This document shows, one piece after another, positions 49,291 to 61,040 of a stretch of DNA of 64,000 bases. The DNA is from Antechinus flavipes (lineage: Eukaryota). Position 1 is the first letter of the stretch, and every line of letters starts with the position of its first letter. A model generated the notes under the pieces. The model was given only the letters and a program-made list of their open reading frames with translations. It ran no database searches and was not told the origin of the DNA. The stretch lies in contig NC_067401.1 in the NCBI RefSeq assembly GCF_016432865.1, positions 448,198,001 to 448,262,000 of the forward strand, in the 5' to 3' direction. The translations under genes were made by a program, and so were the position numbers.

Positions 49291-50857
49291 GATGAGAGCT
49301 AGGATATCAACTCAGGTTGTCCAACTCCAATAATACCATAATACTTTTTGTTTAGTTTCTCAAAGAGCAGAACTTTCCATTAAAGTAGGGTAAAATTATC
49401 TTTCTTCACAAATAGATGAGAAAATTGAGGCCCAGAGAAAATGAGGAATTCTTTTTTTTTTAATCTTCAGTGAATAAATGGTATGTGAAAAGATAGAATT
49501 CAGAGGAGTTAGAAATTAAAGAGATTTCAATGAGATAGAACACAGTCTAATAAGGTGAAGTGAAACAGGGATTAATTTAAATTCTTCAACTTGGGTTCAA
49601 AAAAATCTAATTCAAAAGTATAGCATTTGTACAAATAGCAGTTCCTGAGTGGGGAACAAAGATGTGGAAGGAAAGACAAAAGAACCAACATTAAATAAAG
49701 TTGGTAGGACCCGAAAAACAATATACAATTATTAAGAACAATGTAAACAGAATTTTTTAAATGAAATTAAACTGAATATTGTATAATCATACTGAGCTTA
49801 CCTTAGGAGAAAAGTAGTGAAAATATACTTATTCCCTTTACTACAAAGACAAGTGACAATGGATACACAGGACTGACCAAGCCATTGGTCAGTTTTGCTG
49901 TGAATTGCTTTTCTTCTCTCTTTTTTTTCATCTCTCTCATAAGTGATGTTTTGATGGGTTAGATAGAAGGTAAGGCTTTGGATAAAATCACATTCACATA
50001 GCAAAACTCTTGGTCATTTAATGCCTACTTTAAGTTACACCTACTCTCTTTACTTACTGAGTTATGGAATATTTTATAGGGAAGAAGTGATAAGAAGCCT
50101 TTCACCAAAGGTGAAGTTTGAATGAATGGATGAGCCAATCAGTAAATTCACTAGTTATGTCTTCAAATCATCTAACTAGTCATCAATGTGCCAATAACAT
50201 TTTGGCCAGTTGCTAGGTCCTTGATAACCAGGCAACATCAATTATCTTTTACAAAAGAATATTTACTGAGATTGTGTAACAAGGACAGACGTATACAAAC
50301 ACCCCTCTTCCTTCTAAATCTAAGTACCCTGATAAAGAGAGATTGAACAAAACATTCCTTCCACCAAGTTTATTTATAACCATAGTGTGATCAGTGGGCA
50401 AGTTCATCCCTTTTCTGCAAGATCTGGTCTCAGCTATCATTTGATTTACTTATATCCTGAGTTGAAGAGAGCTGACTCCTTTTTGGGCTTGGTTGATGAT
50501 ATACTTAGCCAAGGACTATAGTTTCTAGATTTCTCATGTCTGTTCTGTCCTTTGAAAGCTCATAAGGTTATAACCTCATCTATTCTATCTCCTATGTTCA
50601 TTCACCTTGGAGCAGGAGAAAATGACACCTGACAAAAGTCAGAAACACTGCCATTCACAGCACCATGGAGGATAGGTGAGAGAATGTCCAAAGTTCCTTC
50701 CCCACACAGAGACTTGCAACAGTTTTCACTCCCTCAGGCACCACAAGGACAAGGAAAAAATTAAACCTTTCTCTTGACCTTTGCTGTGTACACTCAGATC
50801 TACCTCACTAACCAATTGAAAAAAGACACACAATAAAGACACAAAGCAGCTACTTAC

Positions 50858-50871
50858 AGAGTACTCATTCT
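50858..50871 (-). other. Candidate 14-nt microexon AGAATGAGTACTCT
   Basis: gatgcaagaccttattttctgtttcag|exon|gtaagt in unique sequence. Confidence 0.22.
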
Positions 50872-51999
50872 CTGAAACAGAAAATAAGGTCTTGCATCAC
50901 ACATATCTGGAAATAGGCTAATCAGGTCCCCAAGTGACTGTCAGAAAACAAACCACGTGGCACATTCTCAGAGGACAGCCCTGTTGACAGGTCCCCTATT
51001 ATAGCAGCAGGATGGCCAGGAGGACTCACAGTCAGATTTGGAACTAGCTAGATGGAATGAGTTCTTGCAACAGGACTCCAAGTAGAATCAATACTATGTG
51101 GTCTAATACTCCAGGGCATAAGGAGGGCTGCCACAGCAATAGACCTTGATCAAAATCACTTTAATGTTATAGAAACCATACACCATAATAATCCATTCCC
51201 AGCCCTATCATTCATCCACCCCTTTTACCATCCATGGGATGCTTTTTCTCCCTAGATTCATACTCTGTCTTGTAGTCCACACTCCCTTTCCTTTTCCTGT
51301 GCTATGTGATGCAATTAAATTATGATACATGCTTGTATTTTAATGTTATATTTATCATTATACATATGCCCAAAGGCTTTAGCAAGGGATGCATTTTTAT
51401 ACATTGAAAAAATAAATATTCAAAACACCTGGTTTTGAACAGTGAAATTATTAAGGCAGTAAGCTCCTATTTGCAATACAAGAGCAAGTCAAAGTTTTCC
51501 CTAGGCTACTTCATGGACTACTAGATCAACTAAGAAAGTTTTCTTTTTCTTTAAAAAAAGACTCTGGCTGTTTCTTCACACCTGTTGTTTAAAACAAATC
51601 AGCTCATACAAGTAATTGATGTGAATTTTTTTTTATAACTGTACTATATATGTGTGCAAATAAATGTTCTTTTCATATAAATAATTGCAAGCAATTACAA
51701 TCATTTGAAATAAAAATATTTATACAACTAATTCTATTTTCTTTATCTTATATTTTTAAAAGATGCTATGTCAGTGTCAATAGACACACCTTATATTTTA
51801 CGTTGTTCAGTCATCACTCTAGTGCTCTATCCACTGAACCACTGTGTCTCATATCTAGATTGGGATCTTATATTTAAAGTCAATATGTTTGGGAGATGAG
51901 TGAAAAAGAGAAGGTGGAGGCCAAGGAAATCTTCCTTGAGATTCTGATTTACTTTCACAGAAAAGAGATTAAGTCACATTTTCTCCTATGATGCAAGAA

Positions 52000-53300
52000 C
52001 TGTCCGCTCTAATAAACTACTTTTCTGTCTTTTTTGTCTGCATTTTCTTTTCTGATGCAAGATCACAGGTTGTTTGGTTTGCTCCTTTCTCCTTCTGCAT
52101 GTTAAAAACAGATACGTTAATCGTGGCACCCTGAATTCCTCTCTGTATGCCAGTTGGAGTCTTGCTGTCCCAATGGAAACCTTTTGTTGAAGTAAGTGCT
52201 AGTGCCTTGTGATTTCATTCACTTATTTATCTCTGGGGAGGGGAGGTCATCAGAGCTTTTAAAAAGTATAAAGAAAATTTTTGTTGGTGGGGGAAGTTTA
52301 AGTTCTATCTTTGGATTTATACTCAGAGTGTTCTGAAATTAGTCTGAAGCTTAGAAAGGGTTTCCCAGCCTCCCCTAGTACAAGCTCATCTCTCTTGTGT
52401 CTCCTGATCTGTGACAGCTGCATCTCCAGAGTGGCATTTAACCAAAAATGGGTGAAATTAGCAGGAAAACACACTTATTTGCATCGCTATCATCTGAAAT
52501 AGACTGATGGGATGGGGGAAGGGAGGACTATTTTGATACCAAATTAATGTCGGCTACAGCCAGACTAAGTTGAGCTGCTCCTTTTCAGATGTGTTGTCAA
52601 TAGGTAATTGTCTAGCTCCACGTGATTTTTCCTTGTCAGCGAAATCAGAGATCCAAATGCAAAATCCAGCACTCAGGGACATTGCTGGGATTTTTTAATG
52701 CTCCCATGGGAACTCTGAGTCCTTAAAGCAATGAATGGATTACAATGAGACATAAATATGGTATTTTCATTTCTGACAGATATCATCTTGCTCCAAAATG
52801 GCCCGTTACTTACAGGAAAATGATATCCATTTCCAACAGCTCAACATTGAAATGTAAAGAGTTAAACAGCCCTTAAGCATGGATAGATTCATAAGCATAT
52901 AAGAATTAATTTTGCATTCTTCTTTGCAATTCTGTGATTCTAAAAGAAGCAACACCATTGGCAACCATCTTCTATTTTGTGGAGGTGGAGTAAAAGAAAA
53001 TGTGATTGGGGGTGGGGAATTCCTTCCATTCTCAGCCTGCCCATGCTGAGTGGCATCCCTCTGTGATGGCAATTCATAAAGAAATATATAGAAAATCAAT
53101 ACACTTGGGATCTCATGAGATCGTACTTTAACAATGTAAGATACACATTTATTTATATGGTCGGAGGAGTTACCTGGCTAGGCGCAACCTATAGAGGTGT
53201 GTTAGTAGTCTAATCTTGCTTGTGATTAAACCTCTTCTTGTGTTTGTGCAGCAAGCTTACCTCTTTCCCCCAAGTGTACACATAGGGACAAACCCTCACC
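52000..53300. promoter_or_regulatory. Candidate conserved non-coding/regulatory block
   Basis: ~1.3 kb unique; octamer ATTTGCAT (52477), E-box CACGTG (~52618), retained CpGs. Confidence 0.25.
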
Positions 53301-53659
53301 ATTTATCAAGAGTGAGTCAGACTGAGTTTATGTTTTGTTAGGGATTGAACTAGATATCCTCTGAGGTACCTTCCAAGTCTCCCAATACATTTTCCCATGT
53401 TTTCCAATTCAATGCAGTATAGATGAACATAATATACTTCCTCTAAATGGAAAAAAAAAACTCTATCTTTATGTTACTGTAAGAGAAATATGGGCATATA
53501 GAAAGTTAGTTGTGCTTATTTTATTCTACTTTAGTTCACATAGGATACCATTTACTTCGTTGCAAAAGCTTATTTTCTTGAGTTTTGAAAGCATATAGAT
53601 AATTGGTAGCCCAAAATATTTTGAATGCAGCTTTCTTGATGAAGGAATGAATGAGATTT

Positions 53660-53662
<3 letters not shown>

Positions 53663-53698
<36 letters not shown>

Positions 53699-53714
53699 AC
53701 ACACACACACACAC
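53663..53714 (+). repeat. (CA)n microsatellite
   Basis: Direct reading. Confidence 0.97.
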
Positions 53715-53754
53715 ATATGTATAAATGTATATACAGATCTAAACGAACTTAAAT

Positions 53755-54260
53755 TCTGATCTAAATTTATATGAATAAGAGCTATTCCCCAAATAGTAAA
53801 TGTTTAAAAGAAATGAACAGGCAGTTTTTAGAAGATGTAATCCAAACTTTTAAAAACTACCAAGGAAAAAAAAAATGCTTCAAATCACTAATAATTAAAG
53901 AAATGCAAATTAAATTAACTCTGAGCTCCTACTTCATACCCATCAGACTGGCAAAAGCTGAGAAAAAAGGAAAATGACTAATGTTGGAGGGTTTGTGAGA
54001 AACAGATATGAAAATGTATGAATAGTAGATCTTTGAACAACACAATTTAGAGACTTTATTCAAAATTCATCAAATCGTGCAAAGACTTTGACCTAATCCT
54101 TCTACCAAGTCTCTGATTCAAAGGGATAAAAGAGAGAAATGAGCCATGTATTCAATAATATTCATTGCGGCTCTTTTTGATGATACATAACTGAAAATTA
54201 AAAAGTTGCCCATCAATCAGGGAATGTGAAGAAATTATTATATATGAATGGAAGGAATCT
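53755..54260 (+). mobile_element. Old L1 ORF2 fragment
   Basis: Peptide KEMNRQF...KKCFKSLIIKEMQIKLTLSSYFIPIRLAK is typical of L1 ORF2. Confidence 0.9.
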
Positions 54261-54559
54261 GAGATAAAAATTAGCCCACTCCATCAACAATTCATTCATC
54301 ATTGTTCCTGGCAAACAGCTATCTAATTTTTTTGCTCAGAAGAACTGAGAGAGAGAAAGATACACAGAGAGAGAGGGATAAAGAAAGACAGTAAATCTTA
54401 ACCTTTATAAACTATGCTATTCTAATCAAGTCAGACCAATTCTTCTAAAGTATTAAAAATGATTGTAATTTTTTATATAAATTAAAACTGATTTAGCATG
54501 TTTATTTTATCCACCAAAAATAACTGTAGAAATGATGTAGCAAGGAGAGTCAATTAATG

Positions 54560-55330
54560 CTCCTAATCTTGGAGGCTCTCAACATGGGAGTCATTGTGTA
54601 CTCCTCAAGATCTCTCAGCCCCCATATAAAAGCTATTGCCAAGGCCTATCAATTTCACCCTTATCAACATCCTTCAAATACTCCACCTTCTCTCCTGTGA
54701 CATGGCCACCATTCTAATGCAGGTTGTCATCATCGGATGTCTAGACCATTGCAATAGCCTGCTGGTGGGTCTCCCTACCTCAGATCTCTCTCTCTCTACT
54801 CCAAAACATTCTCTATTCAACTACTGAAATAATTTGCCTAAAGCACAAATCTGATTATGTCATTCCATCCCAACTCAATAAACTCCACTGATTTTCTATC
54901 AGTTTCAAGATCAAATGTACAATGCTCTGTTTGGCATTCAAAGTTCTTTATGATCCAGCCCTCTTCTACACTCTAGTTTTCTTATACCTTACTCCTTACA
55001 CATACTCTTTGATGTATTGTCACTGGCCTCCTGGTTGTTCCATCAATTAGACTCCATTTCTTGACTTTGGACCATTTTTCTGGTTAATCTCACAACATGA
55101 AATGCTTTCATTCTTTACTCCAACTACTGACTTCTCTAGCAACTAAAATCCCAACTTCTACAGGAAGCATTCACCAGTCCCTCTCAATTCTAGTGTAATC
55201 CCTCTGTTAATCACTTCCTACTTACTTACTATTCTGTATAGAGTTTGATTTGTATATATTGTATAAATTGCTTGTATATTATAACAATGTTCCTGAGAAA
55301 TAGGTAGAAGACCTCTAATGGCTTACCAAT
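54560..55330 (+). mobile_element. L2 3' region
   Basis: GCAATAGCCTGCTGGTGGGTCTCCCT...TGGCATTCAAAG...AAACTCTTTGAGGACAATGACTGTC. Confidence 0.85.
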
Positions 55331-55373
55331 CATTATAAACTCTTTGAGGACAATGACTGTCTTTGTCTTTTTT

Positions 55374-55376
<3 letters not shown>

Positions 55377-55425
<49 letters not shown>

Positions 55426-55430
55426 GTGTG
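55377..55430 (+). repeat. (TG)n microsatellite
   Basis: Direct reading. Confidence 0.97.
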
Positions 55431-56130
55431 TAGTTGAGGGAGAACCTTAGCAATAGGGAACTCAGAAAAGACTTCCTATAGAAAATGGTCTTTGAACTGA
55501 CTTTAGAAGGAACAAGGGGTTTGAAGGGGAGATGGAAATGTATTCCAAGCATGGAGACAACCAGTTCAAAGGCACTGAGAAAGGAAATTAAGTGTCTTGT
55601 GTGAAAAATTAGCAAGGTCAGGCTGGCTGGCTGGCAGAATCCAAGAAGGGAAATGACGTTGTAAGGTCAGAAGACTCACAATAGCTTCCTAATTGGCCTT
55701 CCTGTTCTGCTCATTACATTGTCCAATCTATCCTCCATACAGCTGCCAAGCTGATTTTCCTAAAACAGTGATTTAATCATGTTACTCCCTGCTTAGTGGT
55801 TCCCAATTGCAAACTCCTAGCTGGGAATTCAAAGTCTCCCACAGTATGATTCCCACTTTTGTGCTTCTTCATATTTTCCATCATTCCCCTCATATAAGCT
55901 CTATTCCAAACTATCCCCCTGTCAGTGTTCTGTCCCTCTTGAACTTACTTCATTAAGCCTTTGTTTTGACATATGTGTATAAGATGAAATCCCATTGCAC
56001 ATATGCCCAATAGAATGAAAGCTTCTTGCAATCAGGGATCACTTTGTTTTTGTCTTCTAATTCTTAGTGCCAAGTACAGTGTCTAGCACAAAGAAGGTCC
56101 ATAAAAATGCTCAGTGAACTTCATCTGCAA
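55430..56130. mobile_element. Two L2 fragments, head to head (55430-55660 minus, 55670-56130 plus)
   Basis: GGACTTCCTATAG-type purine-rich reverse L2; CTATCCTCCATACAGCTGCC...GTACAGTGTCTAGCACA sense L2 tail. Confidence 0.7.
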
Positions 56131-58111
56131 TAAATAAACAAGGAACAAGAAGATCTGTAGTAAAATCTTTTGCTTATGGGTTAGAAATGATAGTTTTGCA
56201 GTGAAGAACAAGGTAAAGGAAAGGACTCTGGAAATCCTGAATTTTAGGATGGTACATACACATAGCATAATCCTTAAAGAACATGCATTTTAAAATGTTT
56301 ACTTTATACTTTATGGAAAATGTTGGATCTACAAGGAGGAAATGCATGCAAAATGCCTCTCTGCTTGCATCTTTAAGAAGTTTATTTTCTCAAGAAAGTG
56401 TTAGTAAGCATCCCAAGTGACCAGGAACTTAAACAATTTGCAGAGGGCACCTGATGCAAGGGGCTTTAAGGAGCAAGGAGGCAGGGAAATGGACAGATTA
56501 GATCATCTCAAAACATCTCAGTCACCCCCAAAAAACCAATGAGTCCCACATTTGTGAGGCAAATAAATCTAGTAAAATTCTTGTTATCTGAATCATGAGC
56601 AGAAATATCCATAACACCAGTTTAGGTTCTTATTCATTTTTATAGGAAAACAATCTATCCTGTGTAATCTTTTTGCTGTCATTAATTCCACACACAGTAG
56701 TGCTGAACACAGCACATGTTTTATACAAGCATGTATGAGAAAATGCATATATGTGGTATACTTAGGCACAAATTTGTATTACACATATACATTGCACTAA
56801 CATGACATGGATATGTCATATAAAATAAAAATATCTAAATTCCAATGGTTATTCAAGTTGAATAACTATTGTTATATGACCCTATGTGCCCCATTCAAGA
56901 CTATTTTAAAATATTTCCTCAGATAAAGCAAAGATTATTTATAGGGAAATGTGAGAAGTGAAGAACAAAATATTCGAGTTCTTGCATCTCTGAATTACAG
57001 TACATGGGAAAAAATACTTTGAGCAGGTTTCATCGGGTCTGGAAACATACATCTTTGCATGCACGTACATACTCATACACACAGAATATGTATAATAAAT
57101 GGCAACCCCAGAATCACAGGAACTCAGCAATGATGAATAGAAATAATTTGATTAGAGAACGTCACCTTTGTGGCCACAGGAAGATCCGTGAAATCCTCAA
57201 AGCTGAACTCTACACTTGGGTGGAGAAATGAGATTTTTGTTAATGTTTTATTAAAGGTTCATAATTCAGAACGCTGCCAGGGAACTGTTCAGAAAATATT
57301 ATCTATCTCTTCACTATTANNNNNNNNNNNNNNNNNNNNNNNNNNNNNNNNNNNNNNNNNNNNNNNNNNNNNNNNNNNNNNNNNNNNNNNNNNNNNNNNN
57401 NNNNNNNNNNNNNNNNNNNNNNNNNNNNNNNNNNNNNNNNNNNNNNNNNNNNNNNNNNNNNNNNNNNNNNNNNNNNNNNNNNNNNNNNNNNNNNNNNNNN
57501 NNNNNNNNNNNNNNNNNNNNNNNNNNNNNNNNNNNNNNNNNNNNNNNNNNNNNNNNNNNNNNNNNNNNNNNNNNNNNNNNNNNNNNNNNNNNNNNNNNNN
57601 NNNNNNNNNNNNNNNNNNNNNNNNNNNNNNNNNNNNNNNNNNNNNNNNNNNNNNNNNNNNNNNNNNNNNNNNNNNNNNNNNNNNNNNNNNNNNNNNNNNN
57701 NNNNNNNNNCAAACAGAACTTGTTACTGAACAAAAGCCTGAAACGTGACCTCAAAGATGAAGATCGTTCGTTGTGCCAGAAGCAGATTTCCAAGCTGGGT
57801 CTCCCAGTTTTATGAAGTCAAGGACAGGGTGCTAAAAAGAAGTAATCAGCAAGGGAGCAAAAATGGGACAACACAGAAGCACAAGGGAAAGAATCTGCCA
57901 CAGCTCAGGGCGATGGAGCCGCTCAGTACAATGAAAAATAAACACCGATAATGATGAGAAAGGGATGACAGAAGAGACCAGCTTAGCAGGGCCTTTCCCA
58001 AAGCAACTCCAAACTAAGAAACTCAGATTTAAAGGTCTCACCTCTATACTCCCCAGAGCACTTCACCCAAGTAAATTTTTTTTTTAATTGACCAGAGCTA
58101 TGACAATTTGA

Positions 58112-58340
58112 ACAGCTAGGTGGCACAGTGGATAGAAAGCCTGGTCTGACATCAGAAAGATATAGACACTCACTAGCTGTATGACTCTGGGAAAGTCACT
58201 TAACCCTATTTGCTTCAGTTTCCTCATCTGTAAAATGAAGTAGAGAAGGAAATGGCAAAAGCATCTGCCAAGAAAGCCCCAAATGGGGTCACAAAGAGTG
58301 AGACACAACTGAAAAATAACTGAGTAACAATAACAACAAC
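58112..58340 (+). mobile_element. MAR1-type SINE
   Basis: ACAGCTAGGTGGCACAGTGGATAG head...CCCCAAATGGGGTCACAAAGAGTGAGACACAACTGAA tail. Confidence 0.92.
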
Positions 58341-58469
58341 ATGATAATTGAGAGCTTACTAGATCTAATAGAAGCAGATTTCAATATGTAAACCATATTG
58401 CTTCTGTACAATGCATCCTAAAAAATATCTTTTAGTCTTTGTGGCTAGAGAGGTGGAAGTAGATAGAGA

Positions 58470-58920
58470 TACCTAAAGGGTGCAATGGATATAATACTGT
58501 TCCAGGAATCAGGAAGCTTTGGGTTTAAATATGGCCTTCATACTTACTCAAATGCTCTACCACTGAGGTGTATCCCCGCCTTTAAAGGTTATTTATTTAA
58601 AGGGAATTGAAGTTATGTGGCTTGCCCAGGCTCACATACCTATAAAGGTCTGAAGATGGAAATTGAACTCAGGTCCTCCTGACTTCAAGGCTGGCGCACT
58701 ATTCACTGTGCCACCTAGCTGCCTTAAAAAAAAAAAAATTGTATGACTCTAGGCAAGTCATCTGGCCTGTTTACTTCAGTTTCTTCATCTGTAAAATGAG
58801 CATAATGATAGCTCCTACTTCCCAGAGTTGTTGTGAGGATTAAATGAGGTAATAATTGTAAAGTGCTTAGCATGCTGCCTGGCACAAGGAAACACTATCT
58901 AAATGTTATCTATTATTATA
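58470..58920 (+). mobile_element. MIR interrupted by an antisense short SINE (~58590-58726) and a tRNA-derived fragment
   Basis: MIR CTTACT resumes at TGTATGACTCTAGGCAAGTC after the insert. Confidence 0.75.
58546..58577 (-). pseudogene. 5'-half tRNA-Cys(GCA)-like retrocopy
   Basis: GGGGATACACCTCAGTGGTAGAGCATTTGAGT matches 28/32 nt of the vertebrate tRNA-Cys 5' half GGGGGTATAGCTCAGTGGTAGAGCATTTGACT (recalled sequence). Confidence 0.6.
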
Positions 58921-59219
58921 GATACAATGTGGCATGGTGAGGAACTGTTGCATTAGGAGTTGGAAAGACTGAATTCAAATTACATATATTCGAATTCAAG
59001 TTATATCAAATACAGATGCTTATTTGCCTTTTGGCCACGGGCCTCTTGGAGCCTTGACTTACTCATTTGTAAAATGGGAATAATACTTACACCAATACTA
59101 TTAATCACAAAATGTTGTTGTGAAGAAAGCCTTTAGTAAATTTTGTGGCCCCGTAAGAATATGAATTCTTTGCCTCCTACAAGAAATTTTATCTAGTTAT
59201 TCATGATTCATTCCCCACT

Positions 59220-59375
59220 ATTTATATATACACTTTGTCTGTCCCTGTCTGTTTGTATCCCTCTCTCTCTTTCTCTCTCTCTCTATGTCTCTTTCTGTCT
59301 CTTTGTCTCTTGCTTCTCTACTCTCTCTCTCTTTTTCTTTTCGTATCTCTCTTTCTCTCTATGTCTTTGTCTCTT

Positions 59376-59400
<25 letters not shown>
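59220..59400 (+). repeat. (TC)-rich low-complexity tract ending in (TA)n
   Basis: Direct reading. Confidence 0.9.
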
Positions 59401-59407
<7 letters not shown>

Positions 59408-59554
59408 AAAATAGAAGTAGAATTGTAAGGGAATTTAGAGGTTAATGAGCATATCTCATCTTATAGAAGAGTAAACTGAGATACATTTTTCATTTTACTT
59501 TATAAGCTCCCTTATGATTCCAAATCTCTGATTTTATGATCCTCTGGTGAATGT

Positions 59555-59760
59555 TCCAAGGCAGTTTGTTCCACTTGGAAGTAGAATAATTGTCAGTAAG
59601 CTCTTCCTATCTAAGCCTCAATTCACGGCAGATACTCATTGTCCTAATTCTGATTTCTAGGAATAATCAACTGAGGGAAGTCTTAATTCCTCTTTAATTG
59701 GACAGCTCTTCACATACTTGAACCCAGTCATCATCTTATCATTCCTTTCTTTTATGTAAA
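59555..59760 (-). mobile_element. L3/CR1 3' remnant
   Basis: GGCAGTTTGTTCCACTT...CTCTTCACATACTTGAA. Confidence 0.65.
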
Positions 59761-59804
59761 TAGATAACAAATAGATAGGCAGGCAGACAGAGACACAGAC
59801 AGAT

Positions 59805-59851
<47 letters not shown>

Positions 59852-60040
59852 GCAAGTGAATGGATGGGGAGAAAGACAAATATTAGTGAAATGGAGAAAT
59901 AGAAAATAGAAACATATTGATAGATAAAGATTTGGAGAGATAGGCAGATGGACAGATGATAGAGATAAATGGATGGATAGGTAGATAGATAATAGGACTA
60001 GATCATATGTAAACATAGATGATAGATAGATAGATAAAAA
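59760..60040 (+). repeat. (GATA)n microsatellite and degenerate flanks
   Basis: Perfect GATA run at ~59806-59850. Confidence 0.93.
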
Positions 60041-60339
60041 GAAAGACAGTTCCAATCTTCAATGAATTTATATTTTAGTGGAGGAAGACAATCCCTGAAA
60101 GGGAGCTGAAAATAGGGAAGGGGGATAGAGAAGATGAATAGACAATTTGGGATACTGTGAACTTATCCTGATTTGCAGAGAGCATGATGGCTCCCTCAAA
60201 TGGAAGTTCAAGGAATAACTCATGAATTGGAGGAAGAGGCCATAGACAGGTAGGTATTATGAGGATGTTGGGGCAGAGGGGGGAAAGTAACCTGGGATGT
60301 CATATGCTTGTTGGGGTTTAAAGAAGATATGCTGCATAT

Positions 60340-60590
60340 GAAACAGTTTTGGAGTGAATAATGGATAGAGAATTGACCGCAGAGCCAGCAAAACCTGGAT
60401 TCAAGTCCCACATCTGGCACATGCTAGCTGAGGAATCCCATACAAATCATTTAATCTCTCCATGCTTTGGGCAACTCTAAGATCACAAATTCCATAGCAG
60501 ATGCCAAGGATCATTTATAAAGAAAGCTCCCTCATGTGAAAGTTCCCCATAACAATGAAATCTTAGGTTTATCCTTTATCCCTGTTTGCA
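60340..60590 (+). mobile_element. Marsupial MIR3-type SINE
   Basis: CCTGGATTCAAGTCCC...GGGCAACTCTAAG...AGTTCCCCATAACAATGAAATC. Confidence 0.65.
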
Positions 60591-61040
60591 TAGTCAAATA
60601 GACTGTAGTAAGCTGATTTCCATTCATATTGAATAGAAGTATACGAAGATTTACTATAAGCTCAGGGGCACTGGAATCCCCCCCCCCAAAGAAAGAAAGA
60701 AAAATTTTGAAACCCTCTATTTAGTCCTTTGTCTAGGGAATAAGAATCTAATACAACATATTTGATTGGAAGTCATCCAGTCTTTATTTGGAGATCTCCA
60801 GTGAGGGGCAAGTAAGATAGAGGCTCAGAAGGCCTGAGGTCAAGCCCACACTTCTGACCTGAATCTTCATTTTGTAAAAAAAGAGAATAGTAGTGAATGG
60901 ATTACCTACTTCACAGATGTTGTGGGCTCTGATAGGACACAGTAGAGAAAGTTCTTTAAGCTCTAGGTCAAAGTTTCTCTTATCCCTTTTAAGGTAGCAC
61001 ATTACACTTTGGTATAGCTCTTTAAAAGATTCCTTTCTTT

